Both the position numbers and the translations under genes were made by a program. A stretch of 64,000 nt of DNA from a virus: positions 59,207 to 123,206 of the IMG/VR virus record IMGVR_UViG_3300048929_000185. The stretch is one strand, 5' to 3'. Under the pieces are notes generated by a model. The model did not search any database and was not told the origin of the DNA. It was given only the letters and a program-made list of their open reading frames with translations. Shown piece by piece: positions 7,967-18,810 of the stretch (position 1 is its first letter; each line of letters begins with the position of its first letter).

Positions 7967-9697
7967 GAAGAATTTTTGTGAGTTGATGGATTATTTTTTA
8001 ATGGAGTGAATGATTATGATGAGTCGAGGTTAATTGTTACTAGATATCGCTGTGAACGTTGTATTCGCCTGTTGCTGACGTTGTGATGATGTGAGTGTGG
8101 AATTGTTAGGGTTGATAGGTTGAGTGGGTAAATAAGACGATATGAACGTTATATGATGATGTGTATCGTGATAACTTTGTGCTTAGGTGTCAGGAGTTGG
8201 AACGTGATGAATGACTGATAGTGTTGAGTGAGTGGAATCAGGTGATAGAATGGTGATGGCATAAGATGATAATTCATAGTGGTGTGGTGTAATATATGTA
8301 GTATTGTAAACTATGTATAATGGTAATCATATCTATTAATGTGAATGTGTTGTAAAATCGATGATGACATACGTAGTATTGATTACTGTGTAGTGATGTG
8401 TTATGTACTGTTATATACTGTTTAGTAGACTATGAAAAATTAGTTCAAAAGTGAACCATTATTAGATCCGAACAGGTATGTTGTAGATAAAACGTTTTCG
8501 TTGTTTTCACAACGTAATTGCAATCAATACCAGTTGACCGCTAATCAACCGCCAGATACGTCATGAAATGGTTCAATACTTGACTATCAACCCAATACTC
8601 CTACGGTCAAAGTTAATATTCAAAAATCCTATAACTACATATTAACACCAAAATAGTACGTATTTACTAGGTTTCAAGGCTATTTCATAGGGTGGGGGTA
8701 AGTTTACATTTTCAACGACCACCGAAAAGCAGCCAGGAGGCATATCTGTTCCACTCACACATAACTCCCCATTTTCAACTCCGAAATCACCAAAATCGCC
8801 CAATTTAACTATACAAGTTGCACAAAGAAATCACCAAATAGTTCGGTATCGAGTTCGGGGATTTTCGAAGTCATTACCAGTAAGTACAGTAAAATCAAGC
8901 ACTTTAGTGACTATACAATATGCACAAAAAAATAATAACACGAAAAATCACTCTATTTTCACCATCAAAATCCTCGCAAACCCTTATAAAATAAGCATTC
9001 TCCCGAACTCACCCTAAAAATGTAAAAATGAGCACTTAAATCACCAAAATTTGCACCAAGAATGACCACTAAAATCGCAATAAACCCTTATAGAATAAGG
9101 ACATTCTCATCTCTCACCGAAGTACTCTCCCGAAGTCATATAAAAAATTCATGTTCAAACTCATCTTAAATCACCATAAACGTAGCAATAACAAGGAGAA
9201 TCTCCCATAACACAAAATATTTTCATCTTACAGGCTCAAAATACTACTCTTATTACACAGGAAAAATATCAGAAAAAAAGAGAATAATCCAGTAAAAATG
9301 ATCAGATTCGTAAGATAGTGATTTATGCATACCTTATTATAGGCAAAATAAATATGATACGCTCATAGCATAAAGTAAATAGTCACAATCCAGCAACAAG
9401 CATAATCAAATCAGTAACCATAAAAACCAAAATATAATAAGCGGCATATCTTACACAAATAATCCAGTCCAATAATCTAAGCAGCATTAATCTCTCACAA
9501 TCCCAAATTAATCTAATATCTCTACTCTCCTATCACTCAACTATTCTTACTACTAATCTATTGCTCAAATTCGCGAAAATAGCATCAAAAATCCATTCTC
9601 TACTATTTAATGGAGAAATACTCATCTACAGGCTAAAATCCAGAATTGGTACCAAAAACGCAAAAATAAGCACGTAAAAATATTTCATAAAAAAGTG

Positions 9698-9726
9698 TTG
9701 ACAAAGAAATGTAGTAATGATAAGAT
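9698..9726 (+). promoter_or_regulatory. Promoter of the rightward (RNAP) operon
   Basis: TTGACA-17-TAAGAT with extended TG and an A-rich UP element. Confidence 0.7.
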
Positions 9727-10064
9727 AACAGTGTAGCAAGAGTAATACAGTAATATTATAAATAAAAACTCATGGCAGTGAGATAAATGTAAATACCATT
9801 TGTTTTCCCTACACTTTATGACGTACCTTGAAAATTACATATGGAAATAACCAACAAGTATTAGTGTGGTTTTGGATGGAGTATTTAATATTGAGCGTTA
9901 GCGAAATATTAAATACGTAATGTTTTGTTTTATTAATAGGTTTATCTTTTATTTCAGTTCAGTAGACAATGCATTTGCACCCTCTGCTGAACTCTGGTGA
10001 AGATTCACGGGGATACATTTGCATAGTTTACTGAACTCTCGCAAAAGAAAAAGGAGGGATCTTA

Positions 10065-10856
10065 ATTAAGAAAGATTATTTTACAAGGATACCCAATCAG
10101 TATATCAGGGGGGATATCCGCAAGTTATACGGAGTAAGCAGAAAGTTCTATATCACCTACATATTAATTGATCGTTATCGGTCACTTGAAGACTTTAGCT
10201 GGATTACGATAAAAAAGATACTTAACTATTATGGGCTGAAGAATACCAGGAATAAGCCAAAGGCGTTTAAAGAAATCTTAGATGTACTGGAATACATGGT
10301 AAATAGCAAAATGATATCCATTGCTCAAGACATGGATTCTATTACATACGATACGGGGATTGAAGTAAAGATAATTTCAGACAACTTTGACTTCCCTAAA
10401 AATTTCTGCAAGTTTGAATTCTGTGTGTTTGATAAGATTATGGATTCGGATTCTGCAATCAATAACGAGACTTTGTTGCTGGCCTATATTTATATCCTAT
10501 CTTATATAGGCGAAAAAGGTGAACAGCATAAAGAAGAAAGCGACTATGAGTATTTAGAAAGGCTCAAAGAGTATCCAAGAGCATTCTTTAAAGACATTAG
10601 TAATATGGCAAAAGATCTATCCATGTCAAAGGATACGATAACAAAATGCATTAATTATTTTTTATCTGAGCAAATGCTTGTGAAGAAAACGGTGGGAAGT
10701 ATAAAAAAAGACGGTAAACCACCTCAGAACGTTCCAAATATTTATGTTTTAAATAATGATGAGTGCCAGCAAGAAATTGACTGGGCATTAGAAAAAATGA
10801 AAGAGATTTATAAAGTAGACTATTTTGATGAGATTAAAGGAGGAAATAAAAATTAA
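10065..10856 (+). CDS. HTH-containing replication-initiator-like protein, probable ATT start
   Basis: Frame open for 77 codons upstream of ATG 10296 to an ATT after AAGGAGGG; ISNMAKDLSMSKDTITKCI HTH and PNIY motif. Confidence 0.65.
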   Translation: MKKDYFTRIPNQYIRGDIRKLYGVSRKFYITYILIDRYRSLEDFSWITIKKILNYYGLKNTRNKPKAFKEILDVLEYMVNSKMISIAQDMDSITYDTGIEVKIISDNFDFPKNFCKFEFCVFDKIMDSDSAINNETLLLAYIYILSYIGEKGEQHKEESDYEYLERLKEYPRAFFKDISNMAKDLSMSKDTITKCINYFLSEQMLVKKTVGSIKKDGKPPQNVPNIYVLNNDECQQEIDWALEKMKEIYKVDYFDEIKGGNKN

Positions 10857-11069
10857 ATGAATCATACGGTAGAAATCAACACATATCACTCCCACACTAG
10901 GGATCAGCTCCACAAGGAATTTGCAGGTGAAATTACAGAAGGAAGTTTCAATACATATCAGAACGAGAACAAACGCATTTGGTTTACGAAAATGGAATCG
11001 CTTGAATGGAAAAGAATAAAAGAAGAAAAGCAAGCAAAAGAGCGTGCTGCATTGAAAGGAGAAAAATAA
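10857..11069 (+). CDS. Hypothetical protein
   Basis: AAGGAGG RBS; abuts neighbours. Confidence 0.7.
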   Translation: MNHTVEINTYHSHTRDQLHKEFAGEITEGSFNTYQNENKRIWFTKMESLEWKRIKEEKQAKERAALKGEK

Positions 11070-11341
11070 TGTTTGAAAATGTAAAAATGGCACTTGGTTA
11101 TTATAAGCCAGGTAAGGAATATTGGCTGAATATTGAAAAGATACATATTACTGATGAGTTTGCTTCTAAGAAAGTTGGCTGGAAAAAGATGCAGCGTAAA
11201 AAGAATTATTTTAGAAGGACTCGAAAATTTGAAAGTAAGGTTGTGTTAAATAAAGATTTTACTTTAGTAGACGGATATAGCACGTACTGTATTATTGATG
11301 AACTTAAACTTGGCAAGGTTCCAGTTTGGTTTGAAGATTAA
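11069..11341 (+). CDS. Small ParB/Srx-like domain protein
   Basis: VVLNKDFTLVDGYSTY motif; AAGGAG RBS. Confidence 0.55.
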   Translation: MFENVKMALGYYKPGKEYWLNIEKIHITDEFASKKVGWKKMQRKKNYFRRTRKFESKVVLNKDFTLVDGYSTYCIIDELKLGKVPVWFED

Positions 11342-11384
11342 AACAATACTCGCAAGGTTTTTAAATAAATAACAAAATTGAATA

Positions 11385-12239
11385 ATGGAGGGATGTATTA
11401 TTTTAACTTGTAAATTAGGAAGCGAATTTATTAATTGTTATGATGGCGGTCATGACCGGGAGCAACTCAAAAAATGGGCAGCAAAAAGAATATTATTATG
11501 CCCCGCATGTGGAAAGCCGTATGAATATTGCCACGGCAAAGTAAAAATGCCTTATTTTAGGCATATGGATAAAGAAAAGTGTGAAGACTCATATTCTGAA
11601 CCAGAAACAGAAGAACATTTGATGGGCAAATGGAGATTGTATGAATGGATAAAGAAACAAAATGGAGTTACTGATGCATATTTAGAGGGATGGATTCCAG
11701 AAACTAAACAGAGACCAGACATTGTATTTAGATACTATGGCGAAAAATGTGTAATTGAGTACCAGTGTAGCCCAATTAGCTCAGAATACTACGAAAGACA
11801 TAATCTATATAAAAGTAGTGGAATTAAAGATGTTTGGATTTGTGGAGTGGAAAAATATATACAATGTTTACACGCCGGTAGTGGAGCTAAAAGGTTAAAT
11901 GTATTAGAGGAAAGTTGTAAATTATATTTTAATTCTGAAACAAACCAATTTTATAAAATTGATCCAAGAATGACGAAAGAAGATTTTGATAAAATACGAG
12001 ATAACAAAAGATGTAAATTAATGAAAAATGTAAATGATTATGTTAATTGTAATATAAAAAAATACATCGAAGTTAAAAATTCTTCTCTTAGTTATGATAA
12101 ATTTTATAGATATCCGTCTCCTACAGGTAGAAGTTCAAGAAAGTATCCATACCCAGTTCCAGTGTTTAAGTATAGTCGTAATGTGTCTTTGGCGGAGTGT
12201 TTTGATTTAAATACGTTAGTGCTAAAAGGGATAATTTAA
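11385..12239 (+). CDS. CoiA-like nuclease
   Basis: CPACG..PYFRH..ETEEHLMGK..QRPDI..IEYQCSPIS..R..Y..GI..VW. Confidence 0.8.
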   Translation: MEGCIILTCKLGSEFINCYDGGHDREQLKKWAAKRILLCPACGKPYEYCHGKVKMPYFRHMDKEKCEDSYSEPETEEHLMGKWRLYEWIKKQNGVTDAYLEGWIPETKQRPDIVFRYYGEKCVIEYQCSPISSEYYERHNLYKSSGIKDVWICGVEKYIQCLHAGSGAKRLNVLEESCKLYFNSETNQFYKIDPRMTKEDFDKIRDNKRCKLMKNVNDYVNCNIKKYIEVKNSSLSYDKFYRYPSPTGRSSRKYPYPVPVFKYSRNVSLAECFDLNTLVLKGII

Positions 12240-12252
12240 GGAGGGAAACAAA

Positions 12253-15200
12253 TTGAGTAAAGCAAAAGTATCTCCAAGATTTATTTTAAAGATTCATTCA
12301 GCTAGATTAAGAAGAAATAACTGGAAACTAAGTTTAACAATTAGTCAGGCAAGGGAAAACAATGAACTTATCTCTCTGAATGATAGTCAAATGCTTCGAT
12401 GGTTAGATGAACTGAATAATATTAAAAATCCAAATATATATACCGAGTATTTAAAAGATAAGATAAAAAAATTAAAATATGACGATGATATCAAAAAAAC
12501 ACAAAGAGAAATTAAAATGCTTTTGAGTGAAATTGATGATTTACTATACAAGCGAGATTATGTATGCATTGTGATTGATAAGATATCAGATTTTGACAAA
12601 TTACATTTAAATGGATTTGAATTAAATAATAAGAAATACGTGAGATTACTCGGTACTACTGGTGGAGTAAAAAATGAAACAGTTGTATTTATAAGTGAAA
12701 AACATGCAGGTGAGATTAGACGGCGTATAAACAATGAAAGGGATGAAACGAAGGAATTTTCTCCTGCAAAATTAGAAGCATATAAATCTTTGACTTGTAG
12801 TGCTTCTACTCCGGTGTCGTATCCAAAAGGAATTTGTGTAGTACATGACTGTATTACTCATTTTAATTCAGATGTTATTTTATTAGATGATACAGACATA
12901 GATCAACCAAAAATGATTTTTAAAAAAGATGAGCTAATAGAGTTAATTGACAGCGATGGATACGGTTTGGGAATGCCTTCGTTAATGGAACGCTGGGGAA
13001 GTGAATTGGGGGAAGATTATATTCTGCCAGGCTGTGTTATAAGAAATAGCTTCTGTAAGGGCGCTGTATTCTGCGTCGACTTCCAAAAATTTGCAAGAGA
13101 TAGAGGAATAAAATACATACAAGACGTGTGGGGAACTTGGCACCACGTTCACAACATAGAATTAATTTTAACTGAATCTATGTTAAAACTATGGGATTCT
13201 TATCACTCTATTTATACATATCTGTACAATTGCAAAAAAAACCATTATGATTTTGCAATAACAAAAGCATCTGAAGAAAACTTAGAAAATGTTAGAAATA
13301 TGAACTATCAGTTTTTACAAAGTTACGATTTTACTGACAAAGATTTAGATGAGTTAATATCTCCTACTATATCTGAAATAAATGATATTCTTTCTGGAGA
13401 TTATAGAAAAACCATACTATACACAAAAGGAACTCATTTGACAAATAGAACGGTACAGCATCTCGACTCATCTTTCGCAACGGCTCTTATGATAGATGAG
13501 AGAATGAAAGACGACCCGTATATACAAAATCAAATTAATAAAATGATAAATAAGCGAATAAACGAAGCAAAAGTTGGAGTGTTAACTGTTCCAGCTAATT
13601 ATTCATTGGTGTGCGGAGATCCTTACTCTTTGTGTCAATCAATGTTTGGAATTAAAATAACTGGATTATTGAAATCTGGTCAGGTATATTCAAAATACTG
13701 GATTAACAGCGGAGTTTATAAAGTATCTAGTTTTCGCGCACCAATGACGTGTCATAATAATATTAGATTGTTGGAAGTTGTTCATGACGACGAAATGGAC
13801 GATTTTTACAAGTATATGACAACTATTACAATTTTTAATAGCTGGGACACGTCTGATAAAGCCATGAATGGCATGGATAAGGATTTGATTAATTTCTGTC
13901 CTTGTAAAACTTGGTGAACCTAGATATCTAGGGTGTACATATTACGGATAGGAACTGTAGGAAATGACAGTTAGAATATGTGCTAACGGGGGAGGGTTTA
14001 ATATCCTAATCGCCGTGCTAAAAATCAAATAATTATTTGATTTATGTGGAACGACTATCGAAAGGATAATTACGAAGAAATATCGTAGTGAATAACCGAG
14101 TAGAGTACATAATGTTTGAAATATCATTATGGAAGCGCCAAGGCTCAGTATGACGGTAAAAGAAATATTGAGTATGATATAGTCTATTCCCCTAATAAAT
14201 ATCGGGAAACCGAGGGTAGATAAGGGCGACTGTGTAATCAATACATCAATGGACGTTATTGTAAGGAACACAAAACAACTGCCGGCGATTATGTGTGTGC
14301 AACGAAAAGCTCCAAAATGTGTGCCTACTGAAGATGATTTTTTTCAATCAAACATAAATAGCTTTGGGAACGATGTTGGTTCAACAACAAACAAAATAAC
14401 CTCAATGTTTGAAGTTCAATCTCGTTATCCTGTTGGAAGTAGAGAATACAATATTTTGGATTATAGGATTAAGTGTGGGCAGCTTTATCAGCAAAATGCG
14501 ATAGACAAGACAAAAGGAATAGATGCAAAGCCTATGCCAGAGTCTTGGAGCGATTGGGCTTCTAACCGTCTAAGTAAACGAAATAAAGAAGGAAAAATCG
14601 AATTACTTGATTTACCAAATGACGAGAGAAAAAAAAGAGTATTTAATCGCAATGTAATCGCAGATAAGAAACCTTATTTTATGCGTTACATCTATCCGCA
14701 GTGCGATAAAGAGTATATGAATTATATTAAATACACATCTGAAAAATGTAGGATTAAATTTGACAAATCTTTAGACGAATTAATTCAATGCAAATCAAAA
14801 ACAGATGAAGAAAGTAGATTTTTTGATTATTATGAGAGTCACTTTCCTTTAGGAATGAGTCCGTGTGTAGTAAATAGGATTTGCTGGAAAATCGAAAAAG
14901 AATTTGATGGTAAATTAAATACAGATTCACGTAAAGAGTTTGATTATTCGATTCTGCAAAGTACTGGTGTTATATACTCAACAGATTTGTATAAAAAAAT
15001 ACAAAAAATATATAAAGATTATAAAACTGTATCTTCAAGATATTCGGCAGAAGCAAAAAATAAACGTATTAAATCAGACGAAAGACGATTACAAAGATAT
15101 GCCATTAAAAGTACATTTATTAATATGTGCTTAATTGCTTGCCCGGATGAAGATATTTTATGTAATATTATATTAGACATGTGCTACAAAAATAATTCGT

Positions 15201-15391
15201 CAAAACAGTTTGCGTGGGATGTATGTGGAAAAACATTTATTAAAAATTTACTCAGATTAAATGATTTTAAAATTTCGTATCCAACAAAATCGGGTGATGG
15301 TGACATAATTTTTAATGGTGAAAAATTTAAAATTGAAACCTGTGATATAAAAGTTGAAGTAAATGTTGATGATTCGGAGGAAAATGAATGA
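12253..15391 (+). CDS. yonO: YonO-like single-subunit (RdRP-homologous) DNA-dependent RNA polymerase; exons 12253-13884 and 14225-15391, 932 aa spliced
   Basis: SDGYG, IRN..CKG, FRAP and AIDKTKG motifs; splicing restores the catalytic NGMDKDGD in frame. Confidence 0.88.
13885..14224 (+). ncRNA. Group I intron (IA-like, 340 nt, no homing endonuclease ORF)
   Basis: Exon 1 ends in U paired to G of the IGS GUCCUUGU (13898-13905); P3 CUUGGUG/CGCCAAG; P7 GACUA (14053)/UAGUC (14180); terminal G at 14224. Confidence 0.9.
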
Positions 15392-16158
15392 GCTTAATAT
15401 TAAATGAGGTTAAATATGTAGAAGAAATTTTAAAAACAGGCGAAGTGGGCAGAAAGCCTTCTTCTACCCTGTTATTACTTGCAAAATATTATTATAACGA
15501 AAAATGCTTAAGAGACAAAGAAATTGAGATAAAACTTGATGAGTTTATGAATAAAAATTATCCAAACTATAATAAAGTGTTTTGGGAAAATAGTATTGAA
15601 TCATATTCAAAAAAGGCTGGTAAGTACACATTAAATAAAATTGAAGAAATTCCAATTACGGAGTTAGAGTTAAAAGTGATTGCATCTGTATGTGATTCAA
15701 GATTGGAAAGGTTTTTATTCACGATGCTGTGTTATGCAAAGGCTTATGATATGATAAATGATAAAAATAATGGGTGGATAAATACAGATCTATCAGTTAT
15801 CTACAATACTGCAAGATTAAGGGCGAGGAGGAGCGATGATCGGTTCCATATGGTAAATCAATTATTAAAACTATCTTATGGGCAAAACAATGATTTATTA
15901 ATATCGATATCTCAAAAAAATACCAATAGAAATATAAAAATAAACTTTATAGATTTTTCAAATAACGTAGTTTTACATATATCAGATTTAAGAGAACTTG
16001 GGTACGAATATATGTTGTATAAAGGAGACAATTTTGTCAGATGTGAGAAATGTGGGCGATTAATTAGAAAGAAAAAAAACAAAAAATATTGTTCTGAGTG
16101 TTCTGTTTTAGCAAGAAATGATAGACAGAAAGAATATATGAGAATAAGAAGATGTTAG
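15388..16158 (+). CDS. Hypothetical protein with C-terminal zinc finger, coupled to RNAP
   Basis: ATGA overlap with the RNAP stop; CEKC..CSEC. Confidence 0.8.
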   Translation: MSLILNEVKYVEEILKTGEVGRKPSSTLLLLAKYYYNEKCLRDKEIEIKLDEFMNKNYPNYNKVFWENSIESYSKKAGKYTLNKIEEIPITELELKVIASVCDSRLERFLFTMLCYAKAYDMINDKNNGWINTDLSVIYNTARLRARRSDDRFHMVNQLLKLSYGQNNDLLISISQKNTNRNIKINFIDFSNNVVLHISDLRELGYEYMLYKGDNFVRCEKCGRLIRKKKNKKYCSECSVLARNDRQKEYMRIRRC

Positions 16159-16391
16159 TATGTTAGCTTTTTTAAATTAAATAAAATCCCACGAAAGCCT
16201 TGATTTTACTGGGTTTTAATGGTCTATTAAATATGGTGTGTTTTTCCTTATTATGATAGATATAATGTATCGTAAGTTGTCGTAAGCTATCGCAGTTTAT
16301 TGTAAATTTATTTTTCATATTCTTTTCCTTTCAGTGGCTGTACTTGTGTAATGCGAGTATGGTCACTGACCCTTTCTAAAATAATTATTAT

Positions 16392-16478
16392 GCTAGAATA
16401 ATTCGGACGGCTCCGGAACCTGCCTTGAAAACAGTGAGTGCTTAACGGCATGGGGATCGACACCTCATTCTAGTGCTA
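16392..16478 (+). tRNA. tRNA-Ser(UGA), atypical
   Basis: Acceptor GCTAGAA(T)/(A)TTCTAGT, loop CTTGAAA, long variable arm, T arm GGGG-ATCGACA-CCTC, G discriminator. Confidence 0.7.
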
Positions 16479-16522
16479 CTCTCCTACGAAGGAGAAAATT
16501 AATAAGGAAGAAGGTAGTTATT

Positions 16523-16714
16523 ATTTTACAGATTTCACAAAAAGAAGCAGAATATCTTGAATCCAAAGGTTTAAAATTTGGAACAAACTCGGAGGGGGAT
16601 ATTCACAGAACATATTCTGGGCATCACAAGTATTGGTGTACTGAATCATCTTATGCAAAGAAGTTATTATTTGAGTATCGTAAATCTCGCATTCTAAAGA
16701 CTGTCGAGAAATAA
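16523..16714 (+). CDS. Small hypothetical protein (63 aa, ILQISQKEAEYLESKG...), ATT start
   Basis: Open frame after the AAGGAAGAAGG RBS; no ATG/GTG/TTG start. Confidence 0.55.
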   Translation: MLQISQKEAEYLESKGLKFGTNSEGDIHRTYSGHHKYWCTESSYAKKLLFEYRKSRILKTVEK

Positions 16715-16725
16715 TCTAAAGAAAG

Positions 16726-18168
16726 GTGGTTTTGACCATCGCAAAGAAAAAAGAAAAAATTTCAGTATCATTTGTTGATGAACCGGCTAGTGAGGACGTA
16801 ACTGGCAGTTGTGTTTATATCGAAACACCAAACCATAAGATTTTACTTGATATGGGTTTACATCAATCAAATAATAAATACGAAGATTTTTTAGTAAATA
16901 ACAGAAAGTTTGCGAAATTCAAAGCAAAAGACATTGACTTAGTTTTTATATCACACTTGCATGGAGATCATTGTCTTGCCGTACCAAAACTATACAGAGA
17001 TGGGTTTAGAGGGGCAACTGTGCTACCCAGAAGCTCTAAAGGTGTATTTAAGACCATGGCAAGCGATTCAGCCTACATCGCAGAACGGGATATATTTGTC
17101 ATAAATGATCAAAATAGTAAAAATTATAACCCGCTTTATGATATTTCAGACGTAAATACAATGCTTGAATATACTATCGAAAGACCCATCGGAGAAAAGA
17201 TATTTATAGACGACGAGCTATCTTTTATGTTTGTTCCAAGCGGGCATTTATTAAATAGTTGTCAGATCATTCTTTATATTACAGTCGATGGATTAACAAA
17301 AACTATCGTTTATACGGGCGATATTGGCAATAAAAAGATAGACAATTATTTCGTAGGTAAATTTGAGATGGTACCGTCATGCGACATATTGATTGGAGAA
17401 TCTACATATGGAGATAGACCAGATTTAAAGACTGGCAAAAAAGAGCGTGACAATGATCTAAATAAGTTAAAATCGGTTATTGATAGACAGATAAAAGAAA
17501 TGAATGGTAGGGTGTTGATCCCATCATTTGCGCAGTCAAGAATTCAGCAGTTAGCATTGATGATTTATGAACTCTATAAAAATGAGCCATGGCAGCCAAA
17601 AGTATATATCGACTCCCCTCTTGCTATCTCAATATTTAAAGATTATGCTGAAATATTGGAAGGCGATGATAAGAAGAAATTCGATGAAATGCTTAAATGG
17701 GAAAATCTAGTATTCGTTAAAGAAACACAGGCCAGTAAAGCGCTAGTATCTTCAATTGAGCCATGTTGCATTCTTTCAACTGCTGGAATGTGTCAGGTTG
17801 GTCGTGTGAGACATCATTTAAAGTCTTTGGTTGGGAATCCAAATGCTACTATTCTATTTGTTGGCTTTAGTACTGAAGGCAGCCTTGCGAGTATGTTAAA
17901 GGACAATAAAAGAAAATCAATCACAATTGATGGCAAAGAATACGATTGCAGATGTAGTTCTTATAGTCTTAAAAGCATGTCAGGACACGCACCATTTGAT
18001 CAGTTAGTGGATATTTATTCATCTATAAACTGTAATAAAATTGTACTGCACCATGGTAGTAGGGAAGCAAAAGAAACATTAGCGCTGGCACTTAAAAATG
18101 AATTAGAAAAGAAATGTAAGTCAACCCGCGTAATTATTTCTAATTCAAGCTTGAGATTTTCATTATAA
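16726..18168 (+). CDS. Metallo-beta-lactamase / beta-CASP ribonuclease
   Basis: HLHGDH, GHLL, YTGD, ESTYG and SGHA motifs. Confidence 0.9.
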   Translation: MVLTIAKKKEKISVSFVDEPASEDVTGSCVYIETPNHKILLDMGLHQSNNKYEDFLVNNRKFAKFKAKDIDLVFISHLHGDHCLAVPKLYRDGFRGATVLPRSSKGVFKTMASDSAYIAERDIFVINDQNSKNYNPLYDISDVNTMLEYTIERPIGEKIFIDDELSFMFVPSGHLLNSCQIILYITVDGLTKTIVYTGDIGNKKIDNYFVGKFEMVPSCDILIGESTYGDRPDLKTGKKERDNDLNKLKSVIDRQIKEMNGRVLIPSFAQSRIQQLALMIYELYKNEPWQPKVYIDSPLAISIFKDYAEILEGDDKKKFDEMLKWENLVFVKETQASKALVSSIEPCCILSTAGMCQVGRVRHHLKSLVGNPNATILFVGFSTEGSLASMLKDNKRKSITIDGKEYDCRCSSYSLKSMSGHAPFDQLVDIYSSINCNKIVLHHGSREAKETLALALKNELEKKCKSTRVIISNSSLRFSL

Positions 18169-18195
18169 AATAAATCATAGGAAGAAGGTTTTATT

Positions 18196-18810
18196 ATAGA
18201 CGAATTATTATTAACATTACCTACGAATTTAGAAAATATGCAATTACCTGCTCCAGAAATGGTAAATTATTGGAGACTTGCCGAAAATCGTACATTTTAT
18301 ATTGATTATGAAATTGATACTGGTGTATTAGAAATTCAAAAGGCAATTATAAATATAAATCGAGAAGACAAAGGAAAACCAGTAGAAAAACGGATTCCGA
18401 TTAAGATTTTTATTCAGTCACCAGGCGGTTGTTTATATAGTACATACAGTCTCGTCGATACAATTCTTGCATCTGTAACACCTGTTATTACAGTAAATAT
18501 GGGTATCGCTCTTTCAGGCGGATTTTTATTATTTATCGCTGGATCTAAAAGATATTGCCTATCAAGATCGCAAGCAATGCTACATACCGGTTCTACTGGC
18601 GTACAGGGAACATTTGAGCAGGTGGAGGAATCTCAAAAGACATATCGCAAGCAGATTCAGCAAATGGGCGAATATATTTTGTCTCGTACAAAAATTGATC
18701 AGAAGACTTTTAGTAAAAATAAAAGTAAAGATTGGTATTTTGATGCAGCTGAACAGGTTGAATATGGTATAGCAGATAGTATATTAAATAGTTTAGACGA
18801 AATAATTTAA
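18196..18810 (+). CDS. clpP: ClpP-family protease (probable ATA start at 18196; first ATG at 18238)
   Basis: IQSPGG, ALSGG (Ser), AMLH (His), DWYF (Asp), YGIAD. Confidence 0.85.
   Translation: MDELLLTLPTNLENMQLPAPEMVNYWRLAENRTFYIDYEIDTGVLEIQKAIININREDKGKPVEKRIPIKIFIQSPGGCLYSTYSLVDTILASVTPVITVNMGIALSGGFLLFIAGSKRYCLSRSQAMLHTGSTGVQGTFEQVEESQKTYRKQIQQMGEYILSRTKIDQKTFSKNKSKDWYFDAAEQVEYGIADSILNSLDEII

Noticed and set aside
12253-13917. RNAP as two separate genes, a pseudogene or an intein-containing gene
   Set aside because: Group I intron boundaries restore the frame and the DxDGD motif; the insert has stops and no intein motifs
13942-14271. 109-aa minus-strand ORF inside the intron as a possible homing endonuclease
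   Set aside because: Antisense to the intron core; no HNH, GIY-YIG or LAGLIDADG motif; hydrophobic shadow composition
16269-16308. CRISPR array here or elsewhere in the window
   Set aside because: Only short degenerate tandem units; no repeat-spacer periodicity and no cas genes
16392-16478. tRNA-Sec or stop-codon suppressor (recoded genome)
   Set aside because: Anticodon is TGA (reads UCA, Ser), not TCA; long genes translate intact with the standard code
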